Below, piece by piece: positions 44,580 through 57,420 of a stretch of 64,000 bases of DNA; positions within the stretch are counted from its first letter, which is position 1, and every line of letters begins with the position of its first letter. The position numbers and the translations under genes were made by a program. The notes under the pieces were generated by a model that saw only the letters and a list, made by a program, of their open reading frames with translations, had not been told where the DNA came from and searched no databases. The stretch is from Heteronotia binoei (taxonomy: Eukaryota): positions 75,454,001 through 75,518,000 of the forward strand of contig NC_083229.1 of the NCBI RefSeq assembly GCF_032191835.1. Direction: 5' to 3'.

Positions 44580-47500
44580 AGAAGCGATGCCAGCCTCCTG
44601 GTTACACACTTCAGTGGGGATTGTAGTACAGCATTCTCAAGATGAGACCCAATCATTACAAAAAAGATATGTCTGAAACAAAGGAAAGGCTTTTACTCCT
44701 GAAGTCAGCAGCTAAACAAGGAAACCTGAAATTTCGTGGGATGGCTGAGGGGCTGGAAGGAATATTTGAGCTAACCTCCTTTATGGGCACCTGGATTGCC
44801 TCAGAACTGTCACTGGAACAAGCCCCTACCTCTCTGATCATGAAAGCTTATAGGCTGGGCAACCCACACAATCCAAGACAAATTATGCCCAGAGAAATCG
44901 TGCTTTCTGACCTATGGCTGAGGAAACAAATTCTGGATGCTGCCCATCTGAATGGCACCCTCAAGTTCAATGGTGCTGACATCCAGGTTTTCCCCGACAT
45001 ACCAGCAGGAGCTCTCATGATTTGCCGCAGTCTTAAAGCCACTACTGCTTGTTTACAAGAAAGAAATCTCCAATACAAATCGCTAGCATCAGGGAAACTC
45101 TCAGTCATGCACCAGAGTCGACAGCTCTTAGCCTGGGATGAGGACAGTGGCAGGCATCTCCTTTGTGTGCTGCATCTGGATCCTGAGCTAGAAGGAGAGC
45201 ACTCAGCGTAGAAACGCAAGCTGTCATCACCCACTTCTTCACAGAACAGCACAAAACAACATGTCAGATAGACTTGCCTTTGTACAACCTTCAGAATTTC
45301 TGATCATGTTACTGAGTGACTTTGGAGAGTCTATGTAGCTTTATTTCTAACTTCAGGTTTCATGCAATTCTGTTACTAAGTTGTTATTCATAGTTCAGGC
45401 TAGGCAGGAAGGGGGGAGGGGGAAGAGTTATCGAGACTATAGCCTCTGTTAGTTTGTTGTGGGATTCTTACACTTTTACAAGTTGTAAGTGCTGGGTTTT
45501 GACTAGCTGATCACATACTTAGTGTTTTATTAGGAAAGCAACTGTTGATCCGCAGCTAATTGTCAGTGTGTGGAGTAGAAGACGTATCTGAATTTTGTTT
45601 CATTTAGATTTTTTTAAAGAATATAGGAGTATTGGGGTTTCTGTTGTAAATGGGGTGGGATGGGGTGGTTTAACTGGGTTTTAAATCAATTTTCAACAAT
45701 AATTACTGCTGTGGATTAATTCTGTTGTCTAGAAAGTAACTATATAATTTAACTGATCTCTTTCTATGTGTAGGACACTTCTAATCCAGTATTATCTGCT
45801 TTAGTGACTCCACATTTTGGTTTTAGATTCACAGCTTTAACTCTGCCATTCTCCAGAACACTACTAGTGGAACAGAAATCTTGTTTTTGTAAGTAAATTA
45901 GCCAAATTTTAACACTATTACATCTTAAAGGGTTTTTCTCAAAGCATAGGCACTCTTTATACTTAAAAATTTTTGCAGCCTTGTCTTCTGCTTATTCAAA
46001 CTGTTATACACTCTATCTTAATCATGGACACTGCTTTAAAAATAACTTCTTTGAATGTCCATGGCCTCAATAATAAAATTAAACAAAAACGAATGACCAC
46101 AGACATTTTGAAGTCTAAACTAAACCTGAAATATTATTTATACAAGAATCGCATATTAGATCTGAGTCAGTGCCAGTTCTTAAAACTGCTTGGTACACAG
46201 CACAATATCAAGCTCCCAGCTCATCTAAAGCCAGCGGTGTTGTGATTTTAATTGCCAAAACAATACCTTTTCTGCTTTGTGATAAAATACAGGATGACCA
46301 TGGTAGGTTTCTATTTCTCAAATGTTCTATTAATGGTCAGACTTTGACACTGGCATCAATCTATGTGCCTAACTCTGGTCAAATAAAATTCTTGGAAGAT
46401 ACTTTGAAAAGCTCAGCCAATTTCAATAAGGAGTCCTTATCATAGGTGGTGATTTAAATTTTCTGGTAGATTTACAATTGGACAGGTCAGGCAAACCAAT
46501 TCAGCGGCAGCAACACAAAACTGATGCCAAAACTAAACTGCATACTTGGGAAAATATCGACTCTGTGATGTATGCAGACATTCACACAAGAGAGACAGAG
46601 ACTACACTTTTTTATCTTTCCACTTTAACACCCACACTAGGATTGACTATGTTCTAATCTCACAATCCTTGGTGGATAATCTGGTTTCCTCTGACATAGG
46701 AATCACTATATGGTCTGACCATGCCCCTGTGAACTGCAAACTAACAGGATTGGGGACTCAGCAGCGTGAATACAATTGGGTATTTAATAAATCTATTTTA
46801 TTTTATGAAACTTACAAAAACAAGCTCTCCACTACAAAATTATTGGGCTGATAATATTGATTGTCAAGTTCCTCTACCGATAAAATGGGAGGCTCTGAAA
46901 GCTGTCCCCCGAGGCATGTCAATTTCTTTGGCTTCTCACCTAAAACGGGATAGGAAGCAGAAAGTTAAATTGTTAACATAATCCATAAAGTCATTGGAAG
47001 AAGCTCACAAGACTGGTAGCAAAATATATATATAAAAGACTCTTAGCAGAACCCAAAGTTCTCAGGACACTTGAGACGTCTCACATTCAGAAGAACTTGC
47101 TCTACATGAAACAACACTTTTGGCAAAAAACTCCCAGGAACTTAAAGATACTCTCCTGGAAGGTGAAGGAAAAAAGATCAATGAGGCATATTCACCAACT
47201 AAAAGACAGCTCAGGGAAGCTGCAGACTGGAACAAATAAGATTGTTAAGGTTCTTGCAGATTATTATAAGTCGCTTTATTCAGCTACACAAATAGATGCC
47301 CAGTCCATTAAAAATTCTCTCCTTTCATCTGCAAAACACTATCTGATTTGCACAAATCTTTTTTGGACCAACCTATAACTAAACAAGAAATTCAGGATAC
47401 AATAAAGCAATTAAAATCTCACACGGTCCCAGGCAATGATGGGTTTGGTCCTGAATTTTATAAAGTTTTCAATTCTGAGTTGGCTGATTCAATGACATCT

Positions 47501-50190
47501 TTATGCGATTACATTTTAGAATATAAAGAACTCCCTCTGACTTGGTCAGAGGCCAATCTGATACTGATCCCAAAAGAGCACAAGGACCTGACAAACCCAT
47601 AATCCTATCGCCCAATAGCTTTATTAAATGCAGATGCTAAATCTTTACAAAAATCCTTGCCAATAGACTACGAAAAATAATCTCAGACTATGTCTGTTCA
47701 GATCAAACAGGTTTTATTCCTCAGAGATCACTAACTGATAATGTCAGAAGAACCTTAAATGTGATTAATCATTATAAAAATCATAAAATGGAAGCTATGA
47801 TACTAGCCTTGGATATCGAAAAAGCTTTTAACTCCCTTGATATAAGTTACCTGAAATCCCTTTTATCGCTGATGAATTTTGGCTCTAATTTTTTAAATGC
47901 CATTGAGGCAATTTATGCTAACCCTTTGACCACAATAAAAACAAATGGCGCTTCCTCACATAAATTTGTTCCTCAAAGAGGCACTCAGCAGGGATGCCCC
48001 CTGTCACCTCTGCTCTTCCCCCTAGCCATGGAGCCTCTTGCAGAGGCAATAAGGAGTAACTCCCTTATTAAGGGAGTCAAGATAGGTAATACTGTGCATA
48101 GGGTTAGTCTATATGCAGATGATCTTGTATTATATATTCTGAACCCTACAGATTCTATTCCAGCTTTACTATCAACTGTATCTGACTTTTCAGAGCTCTC
48201 AGGTCTACACATTAACCAAAATAAAACAGAATTGTTTCCAATTGGACTTTCTGATACTGTTGCTGGCATCCTTAAATCCCAATATAATTTTCATTTGATT
48301 ACAGACTCCTGGCATCATTTAGGGGTCCAGGATCCCTTAGATCTTTCTAAACTGATCCAATATAATTTTGAGAAGGTAACACAGAATGTGAAGGCACAAT
48401 TGAAAAAATGGTCTAAGATGAATTTCTCCTGGGCTGAAAAGCTACACTTGATAAAAATATTTATCTTGCCCAAATATCTTTTTCTTTTTAATCTCTTCCA
48501 GTGCACATCCTGAAATCTACAGTGCTTTCATGGCAGAAACTGAGTGTAGATTTTTTTCTGGGCCTACAGGAAACGCAATTTCTGCTACCACTCTGTATAA
48601 ACCAGCAAAGAAGGGGGGGTTGGATATGCCTAATTTAATGCTATACTACAAGGCCTCCAATATCGCAAACATTATACAAGGGTTTTCTAATGAGTCTCCA
48701 CATGGTTGGAGACAAATAGAGGGTACTTACACTTCCCCATGCTCCTGGGAAGACTATTTTTGGATCCTCCCTAAGCATAGGCACAAACTGCCAATAGCCA
48801 ATCATTTTTTGAAGTCCTCATTAAATATCTGGGACAAAAACCGGAGACTTTTACTTCCTGGAATTTCACAATTCTCGTCCTTTTTGAACCAAGCATGGTT
48901 CCCTCCAGGTAGAGAATTACAGGCTTTTGAGAATTGGCATCAGAAAGGCATAACTAGATTTATAGATCTTTTAGACAAAGGGAAAGTAGTGGAAAAATCT
49001 AATCTTGAGACCAAATTGGGGGAACCAATCCCTTGGTTCCGTTATTTCCAACTCAGGCATCTGCTAATCACAATGGTTCATCATAAAAACTCGATCAGAC
49101 CGTTTACAGCTTTTGAAATCCTGCTAAAGAATCAAAAATCTAATGAATCAGGACTGGTGTCAAAACTGTATAAAATACTCCTAGGTGATACCAAATAAAA
49201 AATACCAGATTATTTAAAATTATGGCAAGAAGACTGTCAAAATAGAATAACAGAGGTTTGGGAGCAATTTTGGAATACCTTTAGTTTCACTTCAAAAAAA
49301 TTTAACATATGATTCCAGGCTCTAAAAATGGCTACCCATTGGTATTATACTCCTAAACAACTCTACTGCATGAAAGCTATTACTAGCCCTTTCTGCTGGA
49401 AAGATTGTGGACCAGGTGGTGACTTCATACATCTGTGGTGATCCTGCCCTAAAATTCATAATTTTCTTATATTAAAAGAAATTAAGGAAATCACTGGAGA
49501 ATCTCTCCCCTTTCATCCAGAGACTGTTCTGTTAGGCTGGTGGCCCAATGCACCATCAAACAAATTTTCTGTAGACAGGACTGCCCTCTTGCTGGCAGTA
49601 GCATGATTGGAGGTTGCTGCACACTGGAATGACAAGGCTCTGCCTTCAATACATGCTTGGAGAACCCGACTGTGGGATTTTTTCCTACTAAGTAAAATCT
49701 CAATTTATAGTGCTGATGCTCTGACAGAACGTATTCAAGAAAAAATTACCATGTTCTGGTTCCAAATAGTGGAATATCTCACCAAACATAATAGTCTCTT
49801 CCCCAAAAAAACATTTTTATCATGATATGCTCTATTTCTAATATGTTCTGGGCTCACTTTCTCTCCTCTGGTCTGAATATAAAAAACTGTGAGCTCTAAT
49901 TAGTTGAGTTTGATTAACTGGATTTCTTAATAGAATATTGGGACAGTTGTTTGTACATTCCTACAGTATAATCAGTCAATAGAATGCATTTTCACTGGAT
50001 GCTCTTCAGTATAATTGTATAACTTCTTGGTTCTCTATTTTATGGATTACTCTTTCTTTTTTCTTGTTTTTTTAATTTGTTTATTATATCCTCAGTAAGG
50101 CTTCATTTATTATATGTTTATTATATCCTCAGTAAGGCTTCATTAAAGTGTTCTTTATTGTAAACTGAAACTCTGTTAATAAAAATCTGA
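44580..50190 (+). mobile_element. Older, heavily frameshifted L1 (ORF1 C-terminal part 44642-45211; ORF2 from ATG 46024 to ~49825)
   Basis: ORF1 similar to 51654-52682 (AYRLG...IFPD). APE motifs SLNVHGLN, SIYVPN, RIDY, SDH. RT motifs PGNDGF, LDIEKAF, QQGCPLSP, YADD. AATAAA and A-tail near 50178-50205. Confidence 0.85.
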
Positions 50191-50559
50191 TTAATTTAAA
50201 AAAAATTCATTTTATTGGTTTCAGTCCAGTTTTCCAGCCTGTCAAGATCATCCTGGATCCTGACTTTGTCTTCTACTGTATTTACAACCCCTCCAAATTT
50301 AGTATCATCTGCAAATTTAATAAGCATTTTCTCTATTCCTACATCCAAATCATTTATGAAGATGTTGAACAAAAAAGGTCCCAGGACAGATCCTTGAGGC
50401 ACTCCACTTGTCACTCCTTTCCAAGAGGATGAGGAACCATTCACAAGCACTCTTTGGGTGCTATCTGTCAACCAGTTCATCTGGCCCTGAGGACTTAGTT
50501 CCATTTAAAGAAATTAGGTGTTTATGTACTACCCATAAACAGATCATGTGCTGCAACTC

Positions 50560-51180
50560 CCTTCCCTCATCATCCCTCATCATTGTGTGCTGCAACTCCC
50601 TTTCCTTGATTTGCTTCAAGGTTTTGGTTCTAACATTTAAAGCCTTATATGGTCTCAGGCCAACATACCTGTGGGATTGTCTTCTTCCATATATGCCCAG
50701 GAGGTTGTTATGTTTGACCTCCCAACATCTGGTGGCCATCCCCAGCCCAAGAGACACATGCCTTGCCTCAATTAGGACCTGGGCTTTTTTGGTCCTGACC
50801 CCAACCTGGTGGAATCAGCTCCCTACAGAGATCTGGGCCCTACCTGGCTTATTAGCCTTCCATAGGGCCTGTAAAACGGAGCTGTTCCACCAGGCTTTTA
50901 GTTGAAGCTGTGGGCATCTATTCTTGATTTGCTTGGCCTCCCCTATTGGCACTGTCACATGTGTTACAAAATGGATTACCATCTGCCATCTCTATGAGGT
51001 AGCATGATGTGAGATGGTCAGGCTGGGCAATATGTGATATGGTAAACTTCTCTGAGTGCTGTTGAGATTTCTGTTTTTAAAATGTTTTTATTGTATTTTA
51101 TTGTTTTATCATATGCTATACTTCGCCCTGGGGAGTGGTATGGGTGGAATAGAAATATACTAAAATAAATAAATAAATCA
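50560..51180 (+). mobile_element. L2-type LINE 3' end
   Basis: FKVLVLTFKALYGLRPTYL...WWNQLP...RACKTELFHQAF plus an (AAAT)n tail. Confidence 0.75.
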
Positions 51181-51653
51181 TATATTCAGGTTTTGCCATG
51201 CTGAGCACCATTTCCCTCATAAAAGAAGAATGAGAAAAAAGTAGGAATTGAGCAGTTCTGCCATTTCTTTATCATCTGTTACAATTTCACTTTCCTGTCC
51301 TTGCAATGGACCTACTATGTCCTTGCTCTTTTTCTTACTCTGAACATAAGAAAAAAAACTTTTTTGTTGTTTTTAGCATCTCTCACCAACCTAAGATCCT
51401 ACTAAGCTTTAGCCTTCCTAACTCTTTCTCTTCAAGCAATGGTTATTTGTTTATATTCATTCTTTGTTAGAAGACCCTCCTTTCATTTCCTAAATGAGCC
51501 TCTTTTTTATTTCTCAAGTCTTTAGAGAGCTGCTTATGGGGGGGCGTGGCTTCGGCGCGAATGGCGACTGACGTGTGAGGCTCAAGCTCCTGACCTGATC
51601 CCCTCACCCTCCCTCATCGACGCAGGTTTCCGCACTCCGCCTTTTATCGGATT

Positions 51654-52682
51654 ATGGGAAAATCATCCCATAAAAAGAATAAGCCAATTTTAGCTAGTGC
51701 TCGGCTCCTCAAATCATTCCTAGATTCTAGCTCGCAAGCAGATCGCTCCCTGACAAGGCCTCACGAAACAACAAAAATGGCAGATGGCGCTGTCAGCTCA
51801 CCTCCCTCAACGGACTTGCTTACAACGAAAGAGTTTCACAATACTCTGAGTTCATTCCAGTCAGAAATGCTTGATAACATGGCAGCTATACTGAAACCGA
51901 TCACAGATCAGATCAGCACTTTACAAATCACTCTGAAAGAAGCTACAGCCACAGCTAATTCGGCGCTAGAAACGGGCCTAGCGAATCAGGATGACATCCG
52001 CCATCTTCAAAGGCAAGAACGCTGGGCCACAGACAAAATCTTGACACTCGACAATAAAGCAGGGGAGCGGCACGTTAAACTGAGAGGTTTTGAGGAACAT
52101 GAGGAAGGTACCTCAGATCTTGCTAGTTTCTTAGCATCCTGGCTATCTACAGCTCTTCAGTTGGAAGACGGCATTGCCCCACATATCGTTCGTGCTTATA
52201 GGCTAGGCTCAGCTTTCTCCCCACGTTACCGTGGCTCCCGGGATGTCATCATAGAACTAGCTGATATCCGTGTCAAAAAGAAGATTTTAGACACTGCCAG
52301 AAACCTGAATGGTCTAGCTTTTAAAGACAAGAAAATTCTTGCCTTCCCAGACTTGTCTGCAGAGACTCTACAGAACAGACATTTCCTCAAGCCGATAGCC
52401 CAAAAACTAGCTGCAGCAAACATCCGCTATAGATGGTCGCTGTCAGGCAGGCTCGTTGTTCACCATCAAGGGAAAAATTGGACGGTTGAAGACCCTGAGG
52501 CTGGCTTATATTTACTTCAGTCACTCAACCTAGATGTACCAATGGAGCTGGATCGCAAGTCACAAAAGCGAAAATGGACTTTCGCATCACCACCTAAAGA
52601 CCGCAAGATCTCAGTTTGTTCTCCTGAGCCAACTCATGCTTCAGATCCTATGCAATCTCTACAATCCGTAAACTCTCTATAA
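51654..52682 (+). CDS. L1 ORF1p (342 aa, intact)
   Basis: Heptad-like region then RRM/CTD-like motifs (VKLRGFEE, RAYRLG, RDVIIEL, LAFPDLSAET). No stops. Confidence 0.85.
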   Translation: MGKSSHKKNKPILASARLLKSFLDSSSQADRSLTRPHETTKMADGAVSSPPSTDLLTTKEFHNTLSSFQSEMLDNMAAILKPITDQISTLQITLKEATATANSALETGLANQDDIRHLQRQERWATDKILTLDNKAGERHVKLRGFEEHEEGTSDLASFLASWLSTALQLEDGIAPHIVRAYRLGSAFSPRYRGSRDVIIELADIRVKKKILDTARNLNGLAFKDKKILAFPDLSAETLQNRHFLKPIAQKLAAANIRYRWSLSGRLVVHHQGKNWTVEDPEAGLYLLQSLNLDVPMELDRKSQKRKWTFASPPKDRKISVCSPEPTHASDPMQSLQSVNSL

Positions 52683-53557
52683 ACCTGTGTCACCTTATTA
52701 TCTTTCTTTGAAGAAATGAATAATATGTTTCATGTTATCTGAGGGTGGGTGGGTGGGAAAGGGTAGTGTGGGTTTTGACTCTCCAGCTCCCCCAAAAATG
52801 GCGGGGATGTGTAGTGGAAGGGTATGAGGTCCCCTGTCTCGGGTGGTTCCCTGGGACCCGCAGGTTTTCCCCATATGTTTATTTCTGGTGGTATTGTTCA
52901 CCTTACTTGCTAAGGGATCTGTCCTCCTGCACATGCCTTTCCATCTCGCATACAAACATAACTTGTTTGCAGGAGGAACAGAGAAGGGGGGAGGGGGGAG
53001 GAAACATGGTGCATTCATTGTTGTTACCTTCACTATAGTGTTAACTATGCTAGCTACTGTTCAACTTGTTACTTTGGTATGCCATCTGCTGTTCAAGTAA
53101 TGTCATTACACGGCTGTCTGTATGCTCTCTCTAAACTCCTTTTTCTTTTTAGCTCTTGTTTGTTTGACATGACACTAATGCACTTTGATCGCTTTAGAGG
53201 TGGTATGTGTATGCTTTCATGCCCCATAGCTTTGTCTTTTGGATCATGGGTCCTTCCACCCTTGGGTTCACCGCATTTCTTTTTTAAAAGCCAGTCAAGT
53301 GGACATAAGTCACCGCAACACTTTGGCCCACTCCTCGTGATTTATATATTTCTGGCACCCTGTCACGTAACCATCGCAGTCTTATTTCTGGGCATCGTTT
53401 TACTTATATTTGCATACTCATCATTTTACTGTGCTGCTATGGGGTCCTATGCAGCACTTTCTTGCCATAGACCTCATGCTCCACTCCTACATTACCTTTG
53501 TCTTGTCTCTTATCCTCAATGGGAGATTTCTCCCACCATCTACTTACTTTGGTCTAA

Positions 53558-56500
53558 ATGGCTCCAGATCTAAAGGTTCTTTCACTGAACTGTCGAGGGC
53601 TTAATAGCAAAATTAAATCTAGACGCATCCTCTCAGGCCTGAAGAAGCGGGCTCTAGATATTATTCTTTTGCAAGAGACGCACCTAAGAAATGACACTAA
53701 TCTCTTATTTCACTCCGCTCACTTTCCCCTGACCTTTACCGCTCCTGGCTCCTCACATGCTAGAGGAGTCGCTATTCTATTCTCACGCTCAGTTCAATTC
53801 TCTTGTCTGGCCACTGAAAAGGATGATCGTGGTAGATTTCTATTTGTTAAAGGTAGGCTTAATGAAGAAGTCATAACCCTGGCTGCTGTTTACGCACCTA
53901 ATTCGGGACAGCTGGACTTCATTCGCGAGGCTATGTCCAAACTAAGAGCTTTCCAGGAAGGCCCTCTAATTATCGGGGCTGACTTTAATTTCCTTATGGA
54001 CACCCGGCTAGATAAAAAAACCAATCGCCTGCCTCCTCATCTCCTCCCCAGCCAGTGCCCCTCGCCCTCAGGTCTGCAAAAAATAATGTCGGATATGGGA
54101 CTTACGGATTCCTGGAAGTTTCTTCATCAAAATGAACGAGACTTTACTTATTTCTCATCACAGCATCAAACCCACACGCGCATCGATTATATCTTTATTT
54201 CCAACTCTCTTTGCAACACTCTTGTAGACGCTTCCATTGAATCGAAACTTTGGTCTGACCATGCGCCAGTTCTCTGCACTATAAGGGCAACTGAGCAATA
54301 TGACCGTAGCTTCTCATGGAGACTTGACAATTATTTATTATTAGATAAGGAACTTTCCAACCAAATTGAACGCGAAATTAACGAATTTTTCAGTCATAAC
54401 CTTTCTGGTGACACCCCCGCCAAAACAGTCTGGGATGCTTGCAAAGCTGTCCTAAGAGGTAAGATTATTGCATTGACCGCAGCCCAGAGAAAGAAAAAGC
54501 AACATCTTATTACTGCCCTGACCGCGAAAATCAGAGATCTTGAATTTCAACACAAACATACATGCAACAAAAAAGTTTATCAACACTTGCAAGAGGAAAG
54601 AAAGAGATTAGAAGCCTTAGAAACGCAAAAAATCAAACGCAATTTGCTATTTACTAAACAGGCATATTGCTATCGAAGCCCTAAATTTCACAGGCTCCTG
54701 GCATGGAAAGCCAAACAACAAGCTGCCAATCTGAATGTAAAAGGTCTCAGAGATTGCAAAGGTACTTTATGCACTTCTTCTAAATCTATTTTAGCTGCCT
54801 TTAGCCAATTTTACTCCTCTTTATACCAATCCAAAAACCCATCACCAGACCTAATCTCTAATTTCTTTCAATCTATCACTTCTCTTTCCACTTTGTCAGA
54901 AACTCACAGAAAGTACCTTGACCACCCCATTGATGAGCTGGAACTTGCTGCAGCCATCAAGTCATTGCACACTAACAAATCTCCGGGTCTTGATGGCTTC
55001 ACCTCTGAATTCTACAAAGCTTATAATTCCTCACTATCCTCGTATTTATTAACTCTTTTTAATCATATTCTTGACTCTGGCTCTATCCCCCAGTCCTGGA
55101 GTCTTGCCAAGATTATTGTTTTGCATAAGAAAGAAAGAGATGAACTAGACCCCAAATCCTATCGACCAATATCACTCTTAAACACTGACTACAAGCTCTT
55201 TGCCAGCATTCTAACTAAGCGATTAAATAGTTTTATAGAAAAGTATATTGCCCCAGATCAGGCAGGTTTCATCCCTGGTCATGATCTAACTGATGTCACT
55301 CAAAAAACATTGAACCTGATCTATCACTGTACAGCCAAGGCCGTTCGAGATGCCTGTATTCTATCCATAGACATAGAGAAAGCCTTTGACTCAGTCGAAC
55401 CTCTTTATTTGCACTCTTTGCTCGAAAGAATGGATTTTGGTCCTAAATTTCGCAATCTTATAGATTCCTTTTATTTCTCCCCTTCAGCGCTACTTCGGAT
55501 TAACAACTTAAACTCAGCTATCTTCAACTTGTCTAGAGGCACTCGACAAGGGTGCCCTCTCTCACCCCTTTTATTTGCTCTTGCAATTGAGCCTCTTGCC
55601 ATCAAAATCAGGAATGATACTCGCATTCAGGGTGTCCCTGTGGAGACCGAAGTTTTTAAGGTAAGTCTCTTCGCGGATGACATAACTTTGTATATTACTA
55701 ATCCCTCCTCGTCACTTCCAGCAATTCATTCTCACCTCTCTGAATTTGCCAATGCTTCAGGCCTTACCATAAACTTTGATAAATCTCTCTTGCATTCTAT
55801 TACTCTATCCCCAGCCTCCATCTCCTTTATCAGAAAGCACTATCGCTATAAGTGGGTTAACAAATCTTGGAAACACCTTGGCGTTCACGTCCCACTTGAT
55901 TTTAATACTCTCCCAGCTGTCAATCAGGCGGAAATCTCCAAATCTATCAAATCAATCCTAACCTACTCCGGAAAACAACAATTTTTCACCCTTTTGGAAC
56001 GCATTTACTTAATTAAATCTTTGATCCTTCCCAAGATAGTGTTCTACTTACGCGCTGTCCCTCTGTGTGTCCCGGCCTCCTTGCTACATAAGTGGCAATC
56101 CCAAATAAATGAATTCATTTGGCAACATCGGAAACCAAGGCTCAACTTTGCATCGAGCAGACGGTCTATTTCAATGGGTGGACTGGGGATCCCAGATATT
56201 TTTAGATACCATGACGCTATTATTCTTTCTAATTGGTGAAATATTATAGGTCCTCTTATGTGGTGGACTGGAAGTTGATCGAAAATTCTTATCTTAAGGC
56301 CCCTTCTTTTCAAGAAGAGCTCTGGAATGTTCCCAAACGAGTTAAATCTTCTCTTTCTCCAAATCCTTTTTTAGCTTCCTTATTGCAGGTTTGGCGTAAA
56401 CATCATATTAAGATAGCTCCTCCAACCTCTCCCTTAACCACGTTTGTTGGTCAGCACTGGTTTGCTCCAGGACTGTGTAAAAATTCATTTGTGAAATGGA

Positions 56501-57420
56501 GACGATTGGGGCTGACTCGCTTTGTCGATGTCCTTCTTAATGGGGTAGTAAAAGACAAAGGGACTCTGGAGGCTGACTCCAACCTTCAGCTCCCCTGGTT
56601 TGAGTATCTTCAACTTCGGCATTTACTTGACTCGCATCTCTTTACCCCTCCTTTACGCATTCAACTTACTGATTTTGAAAAGATTTTATTTTGTGACTCA
56701 ATCCCGATCAAAGGATTGATATCAAAGATTTATAAAATACTACTCCACCCCCTTAACGCAGTGCCACACTCTTACCAAGGTGCCTGGGTCCGAGACCTGC
56801 ACATGGAGCTGACTGAGGAGCAGTGGCAGGCTATTTGGTGTTCTTCCATATACAAAACAAAAGCAATGAACGTTCAACTTCAAGCCTTAAAAGTCCTTAC
56901 GCAATGGTACAAAACTCCAGTGCAGTTAGCACACTCATCCTCTATCTCGCCTCTCTGTTTTAAGAATTGTGGCCAGAAGGGCACATTTTTTCACTCTTGG
57001 TGGCTATGCCCAGTCATAAATAGCTTTTGGAGGCAAATCTACTAAGAAGTACTAGCTCTCACTTCACACTCTCCACCATTTATGCCTGAATACGCTCTTT
57101 TGAATCTTATAGGCACCTCAAACACTTCCGAACCTGTAGAGGAATTGATCTCACATATGTTTGTGGCTGCTAAATTTGCAATAGCCCTAGTCTGGAAGCA
57201 GCAATCTCCTCCCTCACAACGGACTTGGTGGTTGAAATTGTGGGATTATTTTGTTTTGGATAAGCTTACTTATGATTTAGACCCCCATCGTTCTCAACAA
57301 ATTGCTTCCCTGAGTTTTATAGAAAAATGGCGTCCCTTTATAGACAAAGTGTTAGCTGATAACAATGTTCCTAGTAACTCATACCATGCTATACTGATGT
57401 CATGTCAATTGTTGTTGTAA
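53558..57420 (+). pseudogene. L1 ORF2p (APE-RT-Cys knuckle) with one frameshift (~56233) and one nonsense codon (57043-57045)
   Basis: SLNCRGLN, LLQETHL, VYAPN, GADFN, RIDY, SDH; KSPGLDGF, YRPISLLN, DIEKAFD, GTRQGCPLSP, FADD; CFKNC...HSWWLC. ORFs 56233-57045 and 57082-57420 are in the same frame. Confidence 0.92.

Noticed and set aside
53079-53573. 164-aa ORF in the L1 inter-ORF spacer
   Set aside because: Non-ATG start, T-rich composition and no motifs; no counterpart seen in the related L1 spacer at 45260-46020.
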